From positions 124,001 through 188,000 of the forward strand of contig NIVC01000795.1 in assembly GCA_002269645.1 (NCBI GenBank): 64,000 bases of DNA, read 5' to 3'. Every line of letters begins with the position of its first letter. Positions within the stretch are counted from its first letter, which is position 1. This document shows, in pieces, positions 43,201 to 56,095 of this stretch. The notes below the pieces were generated by a model. The model had not been told where the DNA came from. It made no database searches and saw only the letters and a list, made by a program, of their open reading frames with translations. The DNA is from Macrostomum lignano (Eukaryota). The position numbers and the translations under genes are program-made.

Positions 43201-46200
43201 ACCTATATACAATGCAACAGAGTCACATGCTCTTCACTGCCCCAGATGCAATGAAATCATTGATTATGTGATGAGAAACTTTTTTATCTTCATCGCGTAC
43301 TTTCTAGGAAACTGGCCTCAAAAAATTACACGATCTTCGAGTTTTTTCGTCCTGTTATCAGATACAGTGGTCCTTGTGAAATATCTGTGCAGCAAAAGCA
43401 GTGACGCAATGTTTTTCAACTTCAGCTGTCAGAGCCGTCTGGCAGCTACTCGGCGAGCGAGCTGCAAAAAATTATCCGCGGCAGCTCCTCGATTTTGAAG
43501 ACAGTTCACAAGGGCAACCTGAAGGAGACCAGCCAGTTGGTGCAGGGCCTGGCCGCGATGATTGTGTCGCTGAGTCGCAACAGCATCAGCAGTGAGTACC
43601 TGCAGTGATGCACCAGCGAGGTTCCCCAAATCACCTCCGCCAAACATTACCTTGTAGTTTGCAGCAAGCTAATAAAAATGATTCGAAAGAGTGGCCAAAG
43701 CGAAAATAGAGTTGGATAACGTAGTTAATTGATCGGAGTCTTCGGAGTTTCAGGAACAGCTTTTGGGCTGTAGGACAAATCACTCTTTTACCAAGAACAA
43801 TTTAGGGTCGTTTATCTGGTGAAAGCAACAACAACAAAACATAACTGACAAAAAGAACAACAAGAAAAACAAAAACGACAACAACAACAACAAAAACAAA
43901 AAGAACAACAACTAAAAAACAAGCATTATTTAAACAACGAAATCGTTAGCCAATGGATAAATAATCAGCGGTCCCAGTGCGTGACAACGATTGTCTGTCG
44001 AGCGCCAGTAGGCGCGAGCCATAGACAAATCGTTGTCACGTGCTGCGACCGCTGATTCTTTGCATTGTTTTTCTGTTTGACGATCCTACAGACAATGCAT
44101 TGTTTGTAGTATAGTATTTGTCATGCTATCTCAGCCTAGAGACATCCAAACTCAGCCAGTCCCATTCCGCAATGCGTTTTTTTGGCTCGAGCTAGTCGAC
44201 TTTTACCATAGACATGCTTCTTAAGGCCATGCTATCTCAGCCTGGGACATGCAATCTCAGCCAATATAGATTTCAATTGCAAACACTTCTCGCTTCGTCT
44301 TCGTCGCTTGTTGCTCTCATTCTGTTTCATTTGCTTCGATCACAGACTAAGCCACGGACAGCTTGACATAGCATCTGAAAAGTGGCTGAGATTGCATGTC
44401 CCAGGCTGAGATAGCATGGCCCCAAGAAGCATGTCTATGGTAAAACTTGACTGGCTTACGTAAAAAATCGCACTGTCGAGATGGGCTGGCTGAGTTTGGA
44501 TGTCTCTAGGCTGAGATAGCATGACAAATACTATAATGGATTGTTCTGCATTAAAAATATGAATGATCGTCAAATTGCTAAACAATGAAATCGTTTGCCA
44601 ATGTACCTATTTAGCAGCCGTCTCCGAGGCCCTAAAAACCCCGGGGTTTGGGCCACAGACACCAGCTGCTGCTGCATCAGTAAAGCGGCCACGCCAGCCA
44701 GATTTCTACTAACGCTTGAAAGCTGCAGAAGCTACAGTCTATGGTCATAACCTGGGGTTTTTGCGCTGCGGCCAGAAAATCCTGAAGTGGAATGCATTGA
44801 ATATATCGAATCTGTATAGGTGAAAGTACGAGGCAGAGATGAAAGCGCTCAGTAGACGCAGAAGCAAAAACAATTGAAGCTGCGACTGAAAGCCTACCAA
44901 ACGTATTTATTTTCATCAAAGTCTACCGACTACGGGCCTGCGTAGCCTATGGAAACTAATGAATGACTGTGGGGAGTCACTTTTTAGCCCGCTCAGCAGC
45001 CATGCGACTCGGAACTAAATGATGGTCCCAGTTGAATCAGAGAGCAGGGAGTAGAGAATCGACAAGCTATTTTTTAGAAAAGCGTTGGTTGACTGAGCAA
45101 AGTCAGTGGGATTCTGCTGGGATTCACTTATCCTGATTTGTTTTCCCGCTCCGCCCTGCTCTTCCCAGGCCTGACCGGATCCGAGTCAGTCACCACGGCA
45201 GGCAGCGGTTACGACGAGATCAGCCTCAACGGGATCACTGTAAGCTGCTGCGAAAGCATTCAATCGAGGGATAGCAAGCCACTCCCAGTTGACAAGCTGC
45301 TTAGGGCTTTTAGGATAAAAAATTGGACAGTTCCAGGAGTCGCGTGATTAAAACACCATGTGTGCCGCTCTACTGCTGGAATAGGCGTGGGTCCTCTAGG
45401 AGTCAGTGCTCGGCCACCTCAAGATTGCATCCCTTGTGGGGTTGGGTGACCCAACTGCGAAGACGCCTTAATGGTTGACCAGCTGGCCTGCACAGGTCAG
45501 GTCCCCTAGCCACAGACGTCGCAGGACCACCGAGCCGGGCTCGCCAAGGGACACACCGGCCTTCTCTCTACGGCCTTCTAGGGAAAGCTGATACTGGATG
45601 GTGGTTGACACATGGACAGCTGAACAGGGCCCGCTACACTCGATCCAGTTTTTCGAGAAATTTCGAAGAAAATCGAGTGTAGTGTCCCTCTGCTGCAGTT
45701 TTCCTTGGGTTAAAAAATCTAAATAAACTCGAGTCTTTGAATTGTTAAATAAGATTACATACTATTCATAATTTTAGCTTGAAAAGGTAAAAGTCTACAG
45801 TTTATGTTTATCATATTTATTAATTAAGTTTGCTCCACATGAAACACCGATACACATCACAGTTTGCTCGACAAGGCGCACCAGTTGATTTCGTTGAATG
45901 CCCTCAATTTTGCCTCCTTGCGGTGAAGATCTTTATTTAAGTTGCGGAATTTTTATTTCAATTTTTTATTCTATACGCTTGTATCTACCGTGACGGACAT
46001 CTTTCTACTTAGAAATGGCATGCAAAATTGCTTCCTGCTCTGCCAATGCTTGCAGAAATCAAAAAACCAACCCATCGGAGGCGCTTACCGGGTAAGACCG
46101 GACACTCGCGAAATCCGCTTTCATTGCCTTGTCTCGCTTCCCCGAGCGCGCGCTTTTTACCGTGATGTCACAGTCTCTGCGCACTGCTGCATGCTGCGTT

Positions 46201-49200
46201 CGAATTCGACCCCACCTACTCCACCTTGGCTTATCCGGAATAATTGCCCTTCCGATTCGGATTTTCTCGGATTTCCTCACACCGATGGCAAACCGTGTGA
46301 AATTTTGCTACTGGTTACACATAGAGAGCATTCAAATGATTATCTATACCTTATTTTTACCCCTAAAATAGGCGCTCTGGTTGTTATTTTTTCCGCCGAA
46401 ACCATCTGGAAATAAAATTTGACAATTTATGAACTCTTGGTAGCAAGCGCCTCCTTTATCGGCACCGCCCAGCGGTTCGTCAGTTCTAATGGAATTGTCA
46501 GCTTTCAATTCACCTCCCCCTGCACTCGCAGCTGCGTTTGTCGGGACACTGCTTTGCTTTGATTGTTCAGTGCAACTGTTCATGTGAAGTGTCGACCCCT
46601 TTAATCTGCTTTTTTTAATTGAAAATTTCTGATCCATCATTTTTATTGCTTCTAATCTGCAAAATGAGGGTCCCAGCTTTGTGGCATCTTTCTCTTGCTA
46701 GAGTGGAGGGGGGTTTGGGCTGCTATCAGGAGCTCGAATCTCACATCGTAGAAGACACCAAACTTCACAAACTCGTAACTTTGTAGTGTCACAAAGTGAA
46801 GTTTTGAATTAACGCAAGTGACTATTAGCAAGAAATTTATCGACTATGTGAAATTTCGATCCAGCGCTACGTGAGTATTGAGTAACGCTTTATTTAGAAT
46901 GAATCCAGTCCAAAAATATGTTTGCTGTAAGACTGTCTCGCTGCAGCTTGGATCTCGCGCACTACAAAGACACATTATGCAAGCTTCACCCGCAAACACC
47001 CCGCGCAACAATCCTAGAAACTGAAGTCGTTGTCCCAGAAGGAGAAAGACGCCTACGAACGCAGCAGAGACGAACGCGCACAGGTCCTGGCTATGCTGTC
47101 TGAGACCTTCGCCACCATGACCTGCGCTAACTACGAGCAGATTCGTCTAGTCTCAAATACGATACAGGTGGTGAGCACAGACGCTGACGACCTCTCCAGG
47201 ACGACGCAGGTGAGCGCTGTTACCGTTCAGATACCTATACTATGCCCGAATACTGAAGTAAAATACAAATGAGCCACAGTCAATGCAAACCACAAACATT
47301 GTAGATAAACTGCAAGAACAAACTCGTGGAGGTGGCCGATGCGGTAGTAGGCCTCAGCGGCTCTCTATCCAAGGAGCGCCTGACTGAACTTTCGATGCCC
47401 GTGTTGGCCACTTTGTCGCAAATAATTACAGTGAGTCACGTACCCGCCCTTTACAGGGAGACTCGAATCCTTATCTTTTTCACTTGCAATTGATAATTCG
47501 AACAATCCAAAATGCTATCCTATCAATCACTAACCCGCACAACACCAGGCCTCAAACGTGCACGTGTCGCATGGAACCCTGACTGATAAGCGCTCGTCCA
47601 TGGCTACCCCGTTTGGAGACTACGACACCGACTGGGAGTCAAGTCGCGACGGCTTCGCCAACAAACCCTTGAGTCAGGCCAGCAGCGCATTCGTGGATGA
47701 GACAAACGGCGTTGTGCAGACCCAGGTTTCGACCGAGGTCACCTCTAGCTGTATGTCCTCGATCACCAAGCTGACAAAGTCGATGACTTCTAAACTAGTG
47801 ATGAACGACAAGCCAATGAACATAAAATCGTCCCAGCTCAGTCTGGTGCTGCAAAAGTCCGAGCCCGCCAGCCTGAGCGGTAGCCTGGTGCGCACGGGTC
47901 GTTCCAGGGTCACTCTCCCAACCAACATGTGCAGCGTTACCGGCGGTCCGGAGGGTCGCTGCACCGGAGCACGCAGCTCTGTCAGCCTGACTGCCATGGC
48001 AACTCCGACTAATCCATACGTCAGCGCCGCCACCAACAACGGCGATTGCAGCGTGTCGACCACTTCGGAGGTTGTGACGCTGAACCTGTCGGATGAAAAC
48101 GGCACCGAAATTTCCGTAACTGACACGGGAAGCAGCTTCTTCGACATTTTTCTGCGCAAAGATCCAACGTTCGAGGAGCCGAATTACATAGATCCCAATC
48201 CGATGCAGCCGATACCTCGCATTCCCGAGGGGATAGAAATCCCAGGTACCGCTGATGGGCCGTTCGGCAAGAATCGCATTGCTGAGCAGAAGCTGATCCT
48301 GCACGAGTTCCAGCTGACCGGCTCTGACCAGTCCGTGCACTTCCAGCTGCGGTTCGAGAACTTCACACTTGGCGTCACTCCTTGTCGGCAGTTTCTTGTG
48401 GTTGGCCGTCTCTGGAAGCCGCCATCGCTGACAGACGCAAGCGAGGGCTTTGATTGGTGGGGCATGATCCCCTCCCACACGCGCTTCTGCAACGAGACGC
48501 CTGGACCAAACGACCCGGACCCTTTCACCTTCTTTGTGACCAATGCCGAGTACAAGGAAGCCAAAGCTCGTGTAAAAAAATCGGCATCCGACTGGGATCG
48601 AAGTATCGACAAGCTCAAGTTCGGTGTCAGGGAGATGTCTCAGGCGGAGTGGAACCGCTACGGTCCGCTCACTCGGCCTTCGATTCCTTATGAGTACACC
48701 AACCAGTTCAGCATCAAGTATACCGTGCGCATCTTCTCCGCCAGCTGCTACGCAATTAAGCCAGGCCAGCCCTCCTGGAATACCGGAGGTTGCACGGTCG
48801 GACCGCTCACAACGGTTCGCGTCACGCACTGCCAGTGCACTCACTTGACCTCGTTCGCTGGCGGCTGGGTTGAATCGCCCAACACTATCGACTGGAACTA
48901 CGTGTTTTCAAACTTTGATTTCACCAAGAATCCGACTCTGTTTGTCACGGAGATTGTCATCGCTGTAATCTTCATTGCCGTTTTTGTTTGGGCGCGTCGA
49001 TCCGACAAAAAGGATCTGGAAAAGGTAAGAATGAGTTTTTTGATCTCACGCACTCAGCCAAGTTGACACTGGCAGGGCAGAGGAGCAGGGTTTAAAACTG
49101 GTTAGTGACTATTAAAAACCAGTCGCAAACCATCGCATGTTTTATTTGTAGCTAGGAGTGGCGCCTCTTCCGGACAACAACCCGGACCACAAGTACTTGT

Positions 49201-52200
49201 ACGAGATAGTCGTCAGCACCGGCATGCGCCGGGGCGCCGGCACCGACTCCAATGTGTTTTTCATCCTTAGCGGCGAACGTGACGAGACCGACACGCGACA
49301 CTTGATGGACAGAAGCAGAAAAGTGTTGCAGCGCGGATGTGTTGACCGGTTCCTGCTCGCCGTGGAGAGGTGCGTAGACGGGCCTCCTGCTTAATTTACG
49401 CACTTTAGTAGCCAAACCCATTCAAACATAATTTTATCTATATCCTCCACAGACCTCTTGGATCGCTGAACTTTCTCCGTTTGTGGCACGACAATAGCGG
49501 CGAAGGCTCCGCCGCCTCTTGGTACTGCAACTACGTGTCTATTATTGACTTGCAGACAAGGCGGCGATACCACTTTGTAGTCAACCGGTGGATGGCGGTC
49601 GAAGAAGATGACGGAGCGGTGGACCGGGTCGTACCGGTAGCGGGCAACCAGGAACTGGGTGATTTCAGCTATTTGTTCTCGATGGACACAAAGAAGCGAC
49701 TGACTGACGGTCATCTGTGGCTTTCTGTCATGGCCAGACCGCCGGAGTCCCGGTTCACGAGGGTTGAGCGCGTGGCGTGCTGTCTGATGCTCCTGTTCCT
49801 GTCCATGGTGACGACCTGCATGTTCTACCAGAGGGAGGGCCCGTCAAAGCCGGCTGCTAGTGACGGTCTCACAATCGGACCGTTTCTACTGACGCCTAGA
49901 ATGATATACGTGGGTGTCGTGACCAATCTGATCTCGTTCCTGCCGCTCTTTGTTGTCATGGAACTGTTCCGTCGGTCGAAACTACGAGTTGGTTACATCA
50001 ATCAGCTGAAGAAGGCCATCAACGACCACTTCGACGGGGCTGACTGGGGCAAGGAATCGCAGCAGGGCGACAGAGCCGAGTACGCCGAGAGTCCGGCAGC
50101 AGCCGTGAATCCTCCGGCGTCAGTTCGGCAAGTGGACGTCGAGGAGAAAAAATTACCGAAGCAAGTTCGCTTTCCGTGGTGGGTGCGCATTATTTCGTGG
50201 TCAATTCTGGTGATAGGAACGGCGGTCTCCGCTTTGTTCACCACCTTCTATGGCATCCAGTTTGGGGATGAAACTTGCAAGAAGTGGATCTCCTCGCTTT
50301 TCATCTCGTTTTTCTCTTCCGTGATGTTGTCGCAGCCGCTCAAAGTGCTCATGATGACAGCTTTTATGGCCTTGCTGTGCAAAAAGAACTCTGTAGACGA
50401 GGAGGAGTTTTTGGACGATGAGGAGGAGGTGCTGAATGAGCTGGGTCAGCGAAACGGGCTGCAAATGGACGAGGAGTGGCTTCACGAAGACGATTTGGAG
50501 GGACAGAGAGGCCAGTGCAGGTCTGGAATCCAGCCGCCGTCGGGAGAGTTGCTGGAACGCGCCCGGGAGCGACGCTTGAAGGAGAAGAAAATGTTCGACA
50601 TTCTTCGCGAAATCAGCTTTTACATGCTCTTTTATTTCTTGCTGCTTTTCGTCACCTTCGCCTTCCGCGATCCGAACGCTTACGTTCTGAAGGAGCAGAT
50701 GGAGAGACTGCTTCTGCCCGACTTGGGAATGACCAGTGGCGAGGGCATCCCCGGCATCTCCACCGAGGAAGAGTTCTGGAACTGGATGCAGACCAAATTC
50801 ATGCCAGGAATCCGGGCCGGGCCGTGGTACAACAACGATCCACCGCTGCTGCAGCGCGGCTTTACCGGGGACCGCGTTGCCCGGCTGGTCGGCTACGCCA
50901 TCATGCGGCAGAAGCGAGTCCGCATGGACACCTGCTCGGTGCTGCCCAGCGTACGCTATCTAGTTGGTCACTGCGTCGAGAGCTACAGCTTCTCGGCCGA
51001 AGAGAAGAGTGATTTCAGTCCCAAGTGGCAAGCTTACGATCCGAACAAGACCTCATCGAAGCCGCAATACGAGGCTTTCAAATTCACCAGCGGCTCAGCG
51101 CTGAAGAACATGGGGCCCTACATGGCTCGGCAGTACACCTATGCCTCTGGCGGCTACGTGTTTCAGTTCCGGGGCTCGCTTAGCGCCATGCAGGCTAACA
51201 TAAACGAGCTGAAGACACTGCAGTGGCTGGACAGGCAAACACGGGCCGTGTTTATTGACCTGGCCTTCTACAACCCCAACGTGAACCTGTTCGGCATCGG
51301 GACCATCGTATTTGAGCTCTCGGGCACTGGCGGAATGGTTGGAATCTACCGGTTCCAAGCAGCTAACTTGCTCAGCTTCCTGGGTTCAGGCCTGAAGTCG
51401 TTCGAGATAGCCTGCCAGGTGCTTTTCTGCCTCATGCTACTTGGAATGATTATCAAGGAGCTGCGCAACATCTACAAGCAGCGCAAGGCCTACTTCTGGA
51501 GCATATGGAATCTTGCTGAACTGTTTATCCTATTCGGCAGCGTGCTCAGCATTGCCGCCTATGCTTACGTGATTTACGAGACTTCGAAACTAACGGAAGA
51601 GTTCAGCAAGTATGGTGGCAACGTCTATCTGAACTTCCAGTACGTGGCCTTCTGGAATGAGTACCTGACGTACTTCACCGCATTTATCGTGTTTGTGTCC
51701 ACGCTAAAGTTCATCCGACTGCTCCGCTTCAACAAGCGCATGGGCATGATGGGCGACGTTGTGCGCATTGCCGCCAAGGACATCCGCCAATTCTTCATCA
51801 TGTTCTTCATCATGTTCTGCGCCTTTGTGCAGACTTTCCATCTCATCTTCTTGCAGCGTCTGTACGGCTACAGCACCTTCCTGTACACCATGGAGCAGCT
51901 GATGCAGATCGCGCTGGGCAAGTTCAAATTCCTCGAGCTGTACGAGTCCGAGCCGATCTTGGGACCTCTGATTTTCGCCATGTACGCCATCTTCGTCATC
52001 TTCATCTTGCTGAATATGTTCGTCTCAATCCTGAACGAGGCCTTTGCCAAGGTTAAAGACGACGTTGAGAAGCAGGAGAATGAGCACGAGATGGTCGACT
52101 TTATGGTGCAAAAGTGAGTAAAGTTTTTGCCTAGCGACCGAAATTCTTAGATTTGAGTGCATCAGTTAGTTTTTAGGGGGTTGTGGCTGCTTCTGGTCTG

Positions 52201-54288
52201 GGACAGTTGTGCCGCAGACAACCTGGCATGCCCATTGTGCCGACTCTAGACACAAATGACCCGCAAGGCGGTGCGGCCTCCGCTTTTTCATTGTCAGTGC
52301 AAATACCCTGTATAAGCCATTCTAGCCCCAGTCTGAATGCGGAAACATTTGCCTCAGGATTGTAGGCAGTGCGTTGTAGAAGAAATTTCATTCGCAATTC
52401 ACTGGCTCCGACTTTACATAACCGTTTCTAAGTGCGATTCCTGGTGAATTTACTCTTTTTAACAGTCCCCACTCAGTTGCTAAAATAAACTTCCTTTGAC
52501 GCATGCAAAAGGCTCCGCTTGCGTGAGCAGCTGAACCTGTACCTTTACCAGTGTCTTCCCAGTGCTGGCTTCCCTGATGAGACATGCGGAGACAGCATGA
52601 GGTGGGGCAAAAGATTCAGGCGGGGTGTCGCGGAGGGCCCCTATTGTTCCTTGCGGAGTGCCGCCATCGTGGTGGGACTCAAAACTGAGACGCTGCTCCC
52701 CAGCCCAGGCAAAAAAGAAATGGAGACAAGCTGCCTGCCCACACAGGGAACCTGTGAGGGTCCAAGTTGCCCCCCGCAGCTGCTTCTGACTTTGTAGCCT
52801 TACAATTTGCCTGCACTAGGCTTCAAGTGAAGCGACAAGTTACAACGCAAGGACACTTTAAAGCTAATAGCTAATGCAGCTAGGCTGCCTGTTGGCCGGC
52901 TTTTAATAGAAAAGCAACTGTTCCCAGTAGGCAATTAAAAATTGTTGCTATGCTCCGCTGCGGCGGAATTGGCTATTTTAAAGAGTACTAGTCGGCCTCT
53001 TTTACTTGCAGAAAATTTTTACAAAAATGCTTCTATCTAGTTCACCTGAGGGATAGTTCCCCTGAGGGATAGTTCACCTGAGGGATAATTCACCTGAGGG
53101 GTAGTTTACCTTAGGGGTAGTTCACCTGAGGGATAGTTTACATGAGGGGTAGTTCACCTGAGGGGTAGTTCACCTGAGGGGTAGTTCACCTGAGGAGTAG
53201 TTCACCTGAGGAGTAGTTCACCTAAAGGGTAGTTCACCTGAGGGGTAGTTCACCTGAGGGGTAGTTCACCTAAGGGGTAGTTCACCTGAGGGGTAGTTCA
53301 CCTGAGGGGTAGTTCACCTAAGGGGTAGTTCACCTAAGGGGTAGTTCACCATGAGGGGTAGTTTAACTGAGGGGTAGTTTACATGAGGGTAGTTTTCCAA
53401 GGGGTAGTTCATCTGAGGGGTAGTTTACCTGAGGGGTAGTTTTCCAAGAGGTAGTTCATCTGAGGGGTAGTTCACCTGAGGGGTAGTTTACATGAGGGGT
53501 AGTTTACATGAGGGGTAGTTTTCCAAGGGGTAGTTCATCTGAGGGGTAGTTCACCTGAGGGGTAGTTTACCTGAGGGATAGTTCACCTGAGGGATAGTTC
53601 CCCTGAGGAGTAGCTCACCTGAGGGGTAGTTCACCTGAGGGATAGTTTACATGAGGGGTAGTTCACCTGAGGGGTAGTTCACCTGAGGGATAGTTCACCT
53701 GAGGGATAATTCACCTGAGGGGTAGTTTACCTTAGGGGTAGTTCACCTGAGGGATAGTTTACATGAGGGGTAGTTCACCTGAGGGGTAGTTCACCTGAGG
53801 GGTAGTTCACCTGAGGGATAATTCACCTGAGGGGTAGTTTACCTGAGGGGTAGTTCACCTGAGGGGTAGTTCACCTGAGGGATAATTCACCTGAGGGGTA
53901 GTTTACCTGAGGGGTAGTTCACCTGAGGGGTACTTTACATGTGGGGTAGTTCACCTGAGGGGTAGTTTTGAGCACAGTGATGGAGAATCAGTGAAAAATC
54001 ATTCCAATGGAGTTTGCCTCCGCTTGTCTCCGCAGGGCCATGATGTTTGTCGGCCTGGGCCAGAGCCGGGCCGCCAGGGCCTACTTCGGTCACAACCTGG
54101 CCAGCACCGACTACCGCAACCAGAGCCTGGACGAGCAGCTCAACGTCACCCTGCCGAGCCGCGTGGACAAACTGCTGGCCTTCATCAACAAGACCTACCT
54201 GCGCGGCGGTCCCAAGGCGAAGCCCTACAAAGTCGAAGCGCCGGAGCTGGAGGAGCCGCAGCAGAAGGTGAAGGTCGCAGCCGAGTGA
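34244..54288 (+). CDS. PKD1-like: Polycystin-1-like (PKD1/PKD1L/REJ family) receptor-channel
   Basis: Signal-like segment plus WSC (FEGCYLD..CAASC..YTGIWQARFCFC, 34244-34597). PKD repeats (IDWGDG, FGDGNS..FNHTY, FSWGDG..YNHTY; 36229-39300). REJ region ~40340-45240. GAIN/GPS CQCTHL^TSF (~48830-48856), TM1, PLAT (YEIVVSTG..AGTDSNV, 49190-49640), further TMs, TOP domain (RQKRVR), S4 KFIRLLRFN, pore ALGKF, S6 ILLNMFVSIL. Donor CAA AA|gtgagt at 52113 joins the last exon 54036-54288 in phase. The start codon and some middle exon limits are approximate. Confidence 0.95.
34672..35995. repeat. 44-bp minisatellite in the PKD1-like intron after the WSC exon
   Basis: Unit CATCCTGAGCTTGACAGTGTCATCTTGGATGCGATAGAACAACC, ~30 copies. 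It contains the palindrome TGACAGTGTCA. Confidence 0.98.
43963..44057. repeat. Nested inverted repeat (hairpin)
   Basis: AATCAGCGGTC/GACCGCTGATT outer arms and GTGACAACGATT(T)GTCT/AGACAAATCGTTGTCAC inner arms. Confidence 0.85.
44076..44574. mobile_element. Foldback/MITE-like element with ~150-bp inverted arms
   Basis: 44110-44263 pairs with 44383-44535 (TATAGTATTTGTCATGCTATCTCAGCCTAGAGACATCCAAACTCAGCCAG... vs its reverse complement). Outer arms TTTGACGATC/GATCGTCAAA at 44076/44574. Confidence 0.7.
53041..53967. repeat. 16-bp minisatellite (GTAGTTCACCTGAGGG) in the last PKD1-like intron
   Basis: About 58 copies. A variant block near 53070 recurs near 53690. Confidence 0.98.
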
Positions 54289-55367
54289 GAAACCGGAGGC
54301 CTCTTCAAAGCCGATTAGGAAAACAGCAGATTCCGTGATATTTTCTGCCATATCTGAACTCTAGAATACCCTCCAATTGCAAATCAAATCATATCCACGC
54401 CAAAAATCAAATTCGCGCCTTTTCCTTAAAAGCTTTTTTGAACAAAGTTGGTAACGCCGCAAGGAATTTTAATCAATTTCAATGTAGATTTACGAGCTAT
54501 ATGAAATAATGTATAAAAGCATATTTATACACCTATAACCTTCTGGATAGCAAATCTACTCTCTTTTTTGTTGCTTGAACAAACTACTGAAACTCGAGAA
54601 TAATTCTAACTCGCAATCGCTATTTACTACTTATGAGAATTTTACTGTCGTTTTCTATCCTAAATCCACAATTACCAATCGTTAAAAAATATAAATAAAA
54701 ATATAATCTCAATAATTTTGGTTTTCTTCTCTGTCCTCTACTGTCTGTCCTTTAACAAGTAGTATGAAAAGCATATATTTTGTTATTTTTCTGGGCTTTT
54801 GCAGACGAAACCGATAACTCTATTTATTTAAAATACAAGTCTGTAGCAGCCATGCTGTCTCTGCATTCAAAAACGCTTGTCGCTTCTGTTATTTTCAACA
54901 AAATAATATCTAATACTATATTTACTCAGATAATTATAAATAAAAATATTTTTGAGCACCGCTACGCGATCCGCTTCTGCTTAAACAAAAACATTTCGGG
55001 ACGAAAAACCGGAGCCGGCCTGCCTGTTTACTGCGCAGCTTTAAAAACACCGGCGGAGAGGGGGCGCCCGGTGGGCCGTGGAGGCTTAAGCAAAGTGTCT
55101 GGAGTGGCCCCAAACCCCTCACTGTCAGGCATTCTGAAGCCAGCAGTGAGCAGTATGTTCAGTGTACTCATAGGGATTTTAATAAAAGTTTTGAAAGCAG
55201 TTCTTTACATATTTTTGTTTAACTTGAAGTCGTAGTTGTGCGCGGACATGTCCCCCCAGTAAAAGCTATGGAGGGACACGCCAATGCTTTGTCCCCCCCC
55301 CACCCCCCGTGTGACCCGTTATGGAAATAAAAAATTTTGCTTCACGGCGACAAAACATAGCGCCTGC

Positions 55368-56095
55368 GCGGCGCCAAAATGAGTGACTGCGGCGCTAAAA
55401 TGAGTGACTGCGGCGCTAAAATAAGTGTATGGGCGCCGAAATTAGTGTCTGTGGAGCTAAAATGAGTGACTGTAGCGCTAAAATGAGTGACTGCGGCGCT
55501 AAAATAAGTGACTGCGGCGCTAAAATGAGTGACTGCGGCGCTAAAATAAGTGACTGCGGCGCTAAAATGAGTGACTGCGGCGCTAAAATAAGTGACTGGG
55601 CGCCGAAGTTAGTGTCTGTGGCGCTAAAATAAGTGACTGCGGCGCTAAAATAAGTGACTGGGCGCCGAAATTAGTGTCTGTGGCGCTAAAATAAGTGACT
55701 GCGGCGCTAAAATGAGTGACTGCGGCGCTAAAATAAGTGACTGCGGCGCTAAAATAAGTGACTGCGGCGCTAAAATAAGTGACTGGGCGCCGAAATTAGT
55801 GTCTGTGGCGCTAAAATGAGTGACTGCGGCGCTAAAATAAGTGACTGGGCGCCGAAATTAGTGTCTGTGGCGCTAAAATAAGTGACTGCGGCGCTAAAAT
55901 GAGTGACTGCGGCGCTAAAATAAGTGACTGGGCGCCGAAATTAGTGTCTGCGGCGCTAAAATAAGTGACTGCGGCGCTAAAATGAGTGACTGCGGCGCTA
56001 AAATAAGTGACTGGGCGCCGAAATTAGTGTCTGCGGCGCCAAAATGAGTGCCTATTGCGCTAAAATGAGTTGCCTACGGCGCCAAAATGAGTGAT
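55368..56095. repeat. 21-bp minisatellite (GCGGCGCTAAAATGAGTGACT), possibly internal to a non-autonomous element (55230-56210)
   Basis: About 34 units, flanked by the direct repeat CTTTGTCCCCCCCCCACC (~55287 and ~56167). The right end reads CCATGGCGGCGCCCCTTG. Confidence 0.93.

Noticed and set aside
52560-52620. Hammerhead-ribozyme-like CTGATGAG followed by a CATGC/GCATG stem
   Set aside because: The required GAAA core does not follow stem II, and no stem I/III pairing was found.
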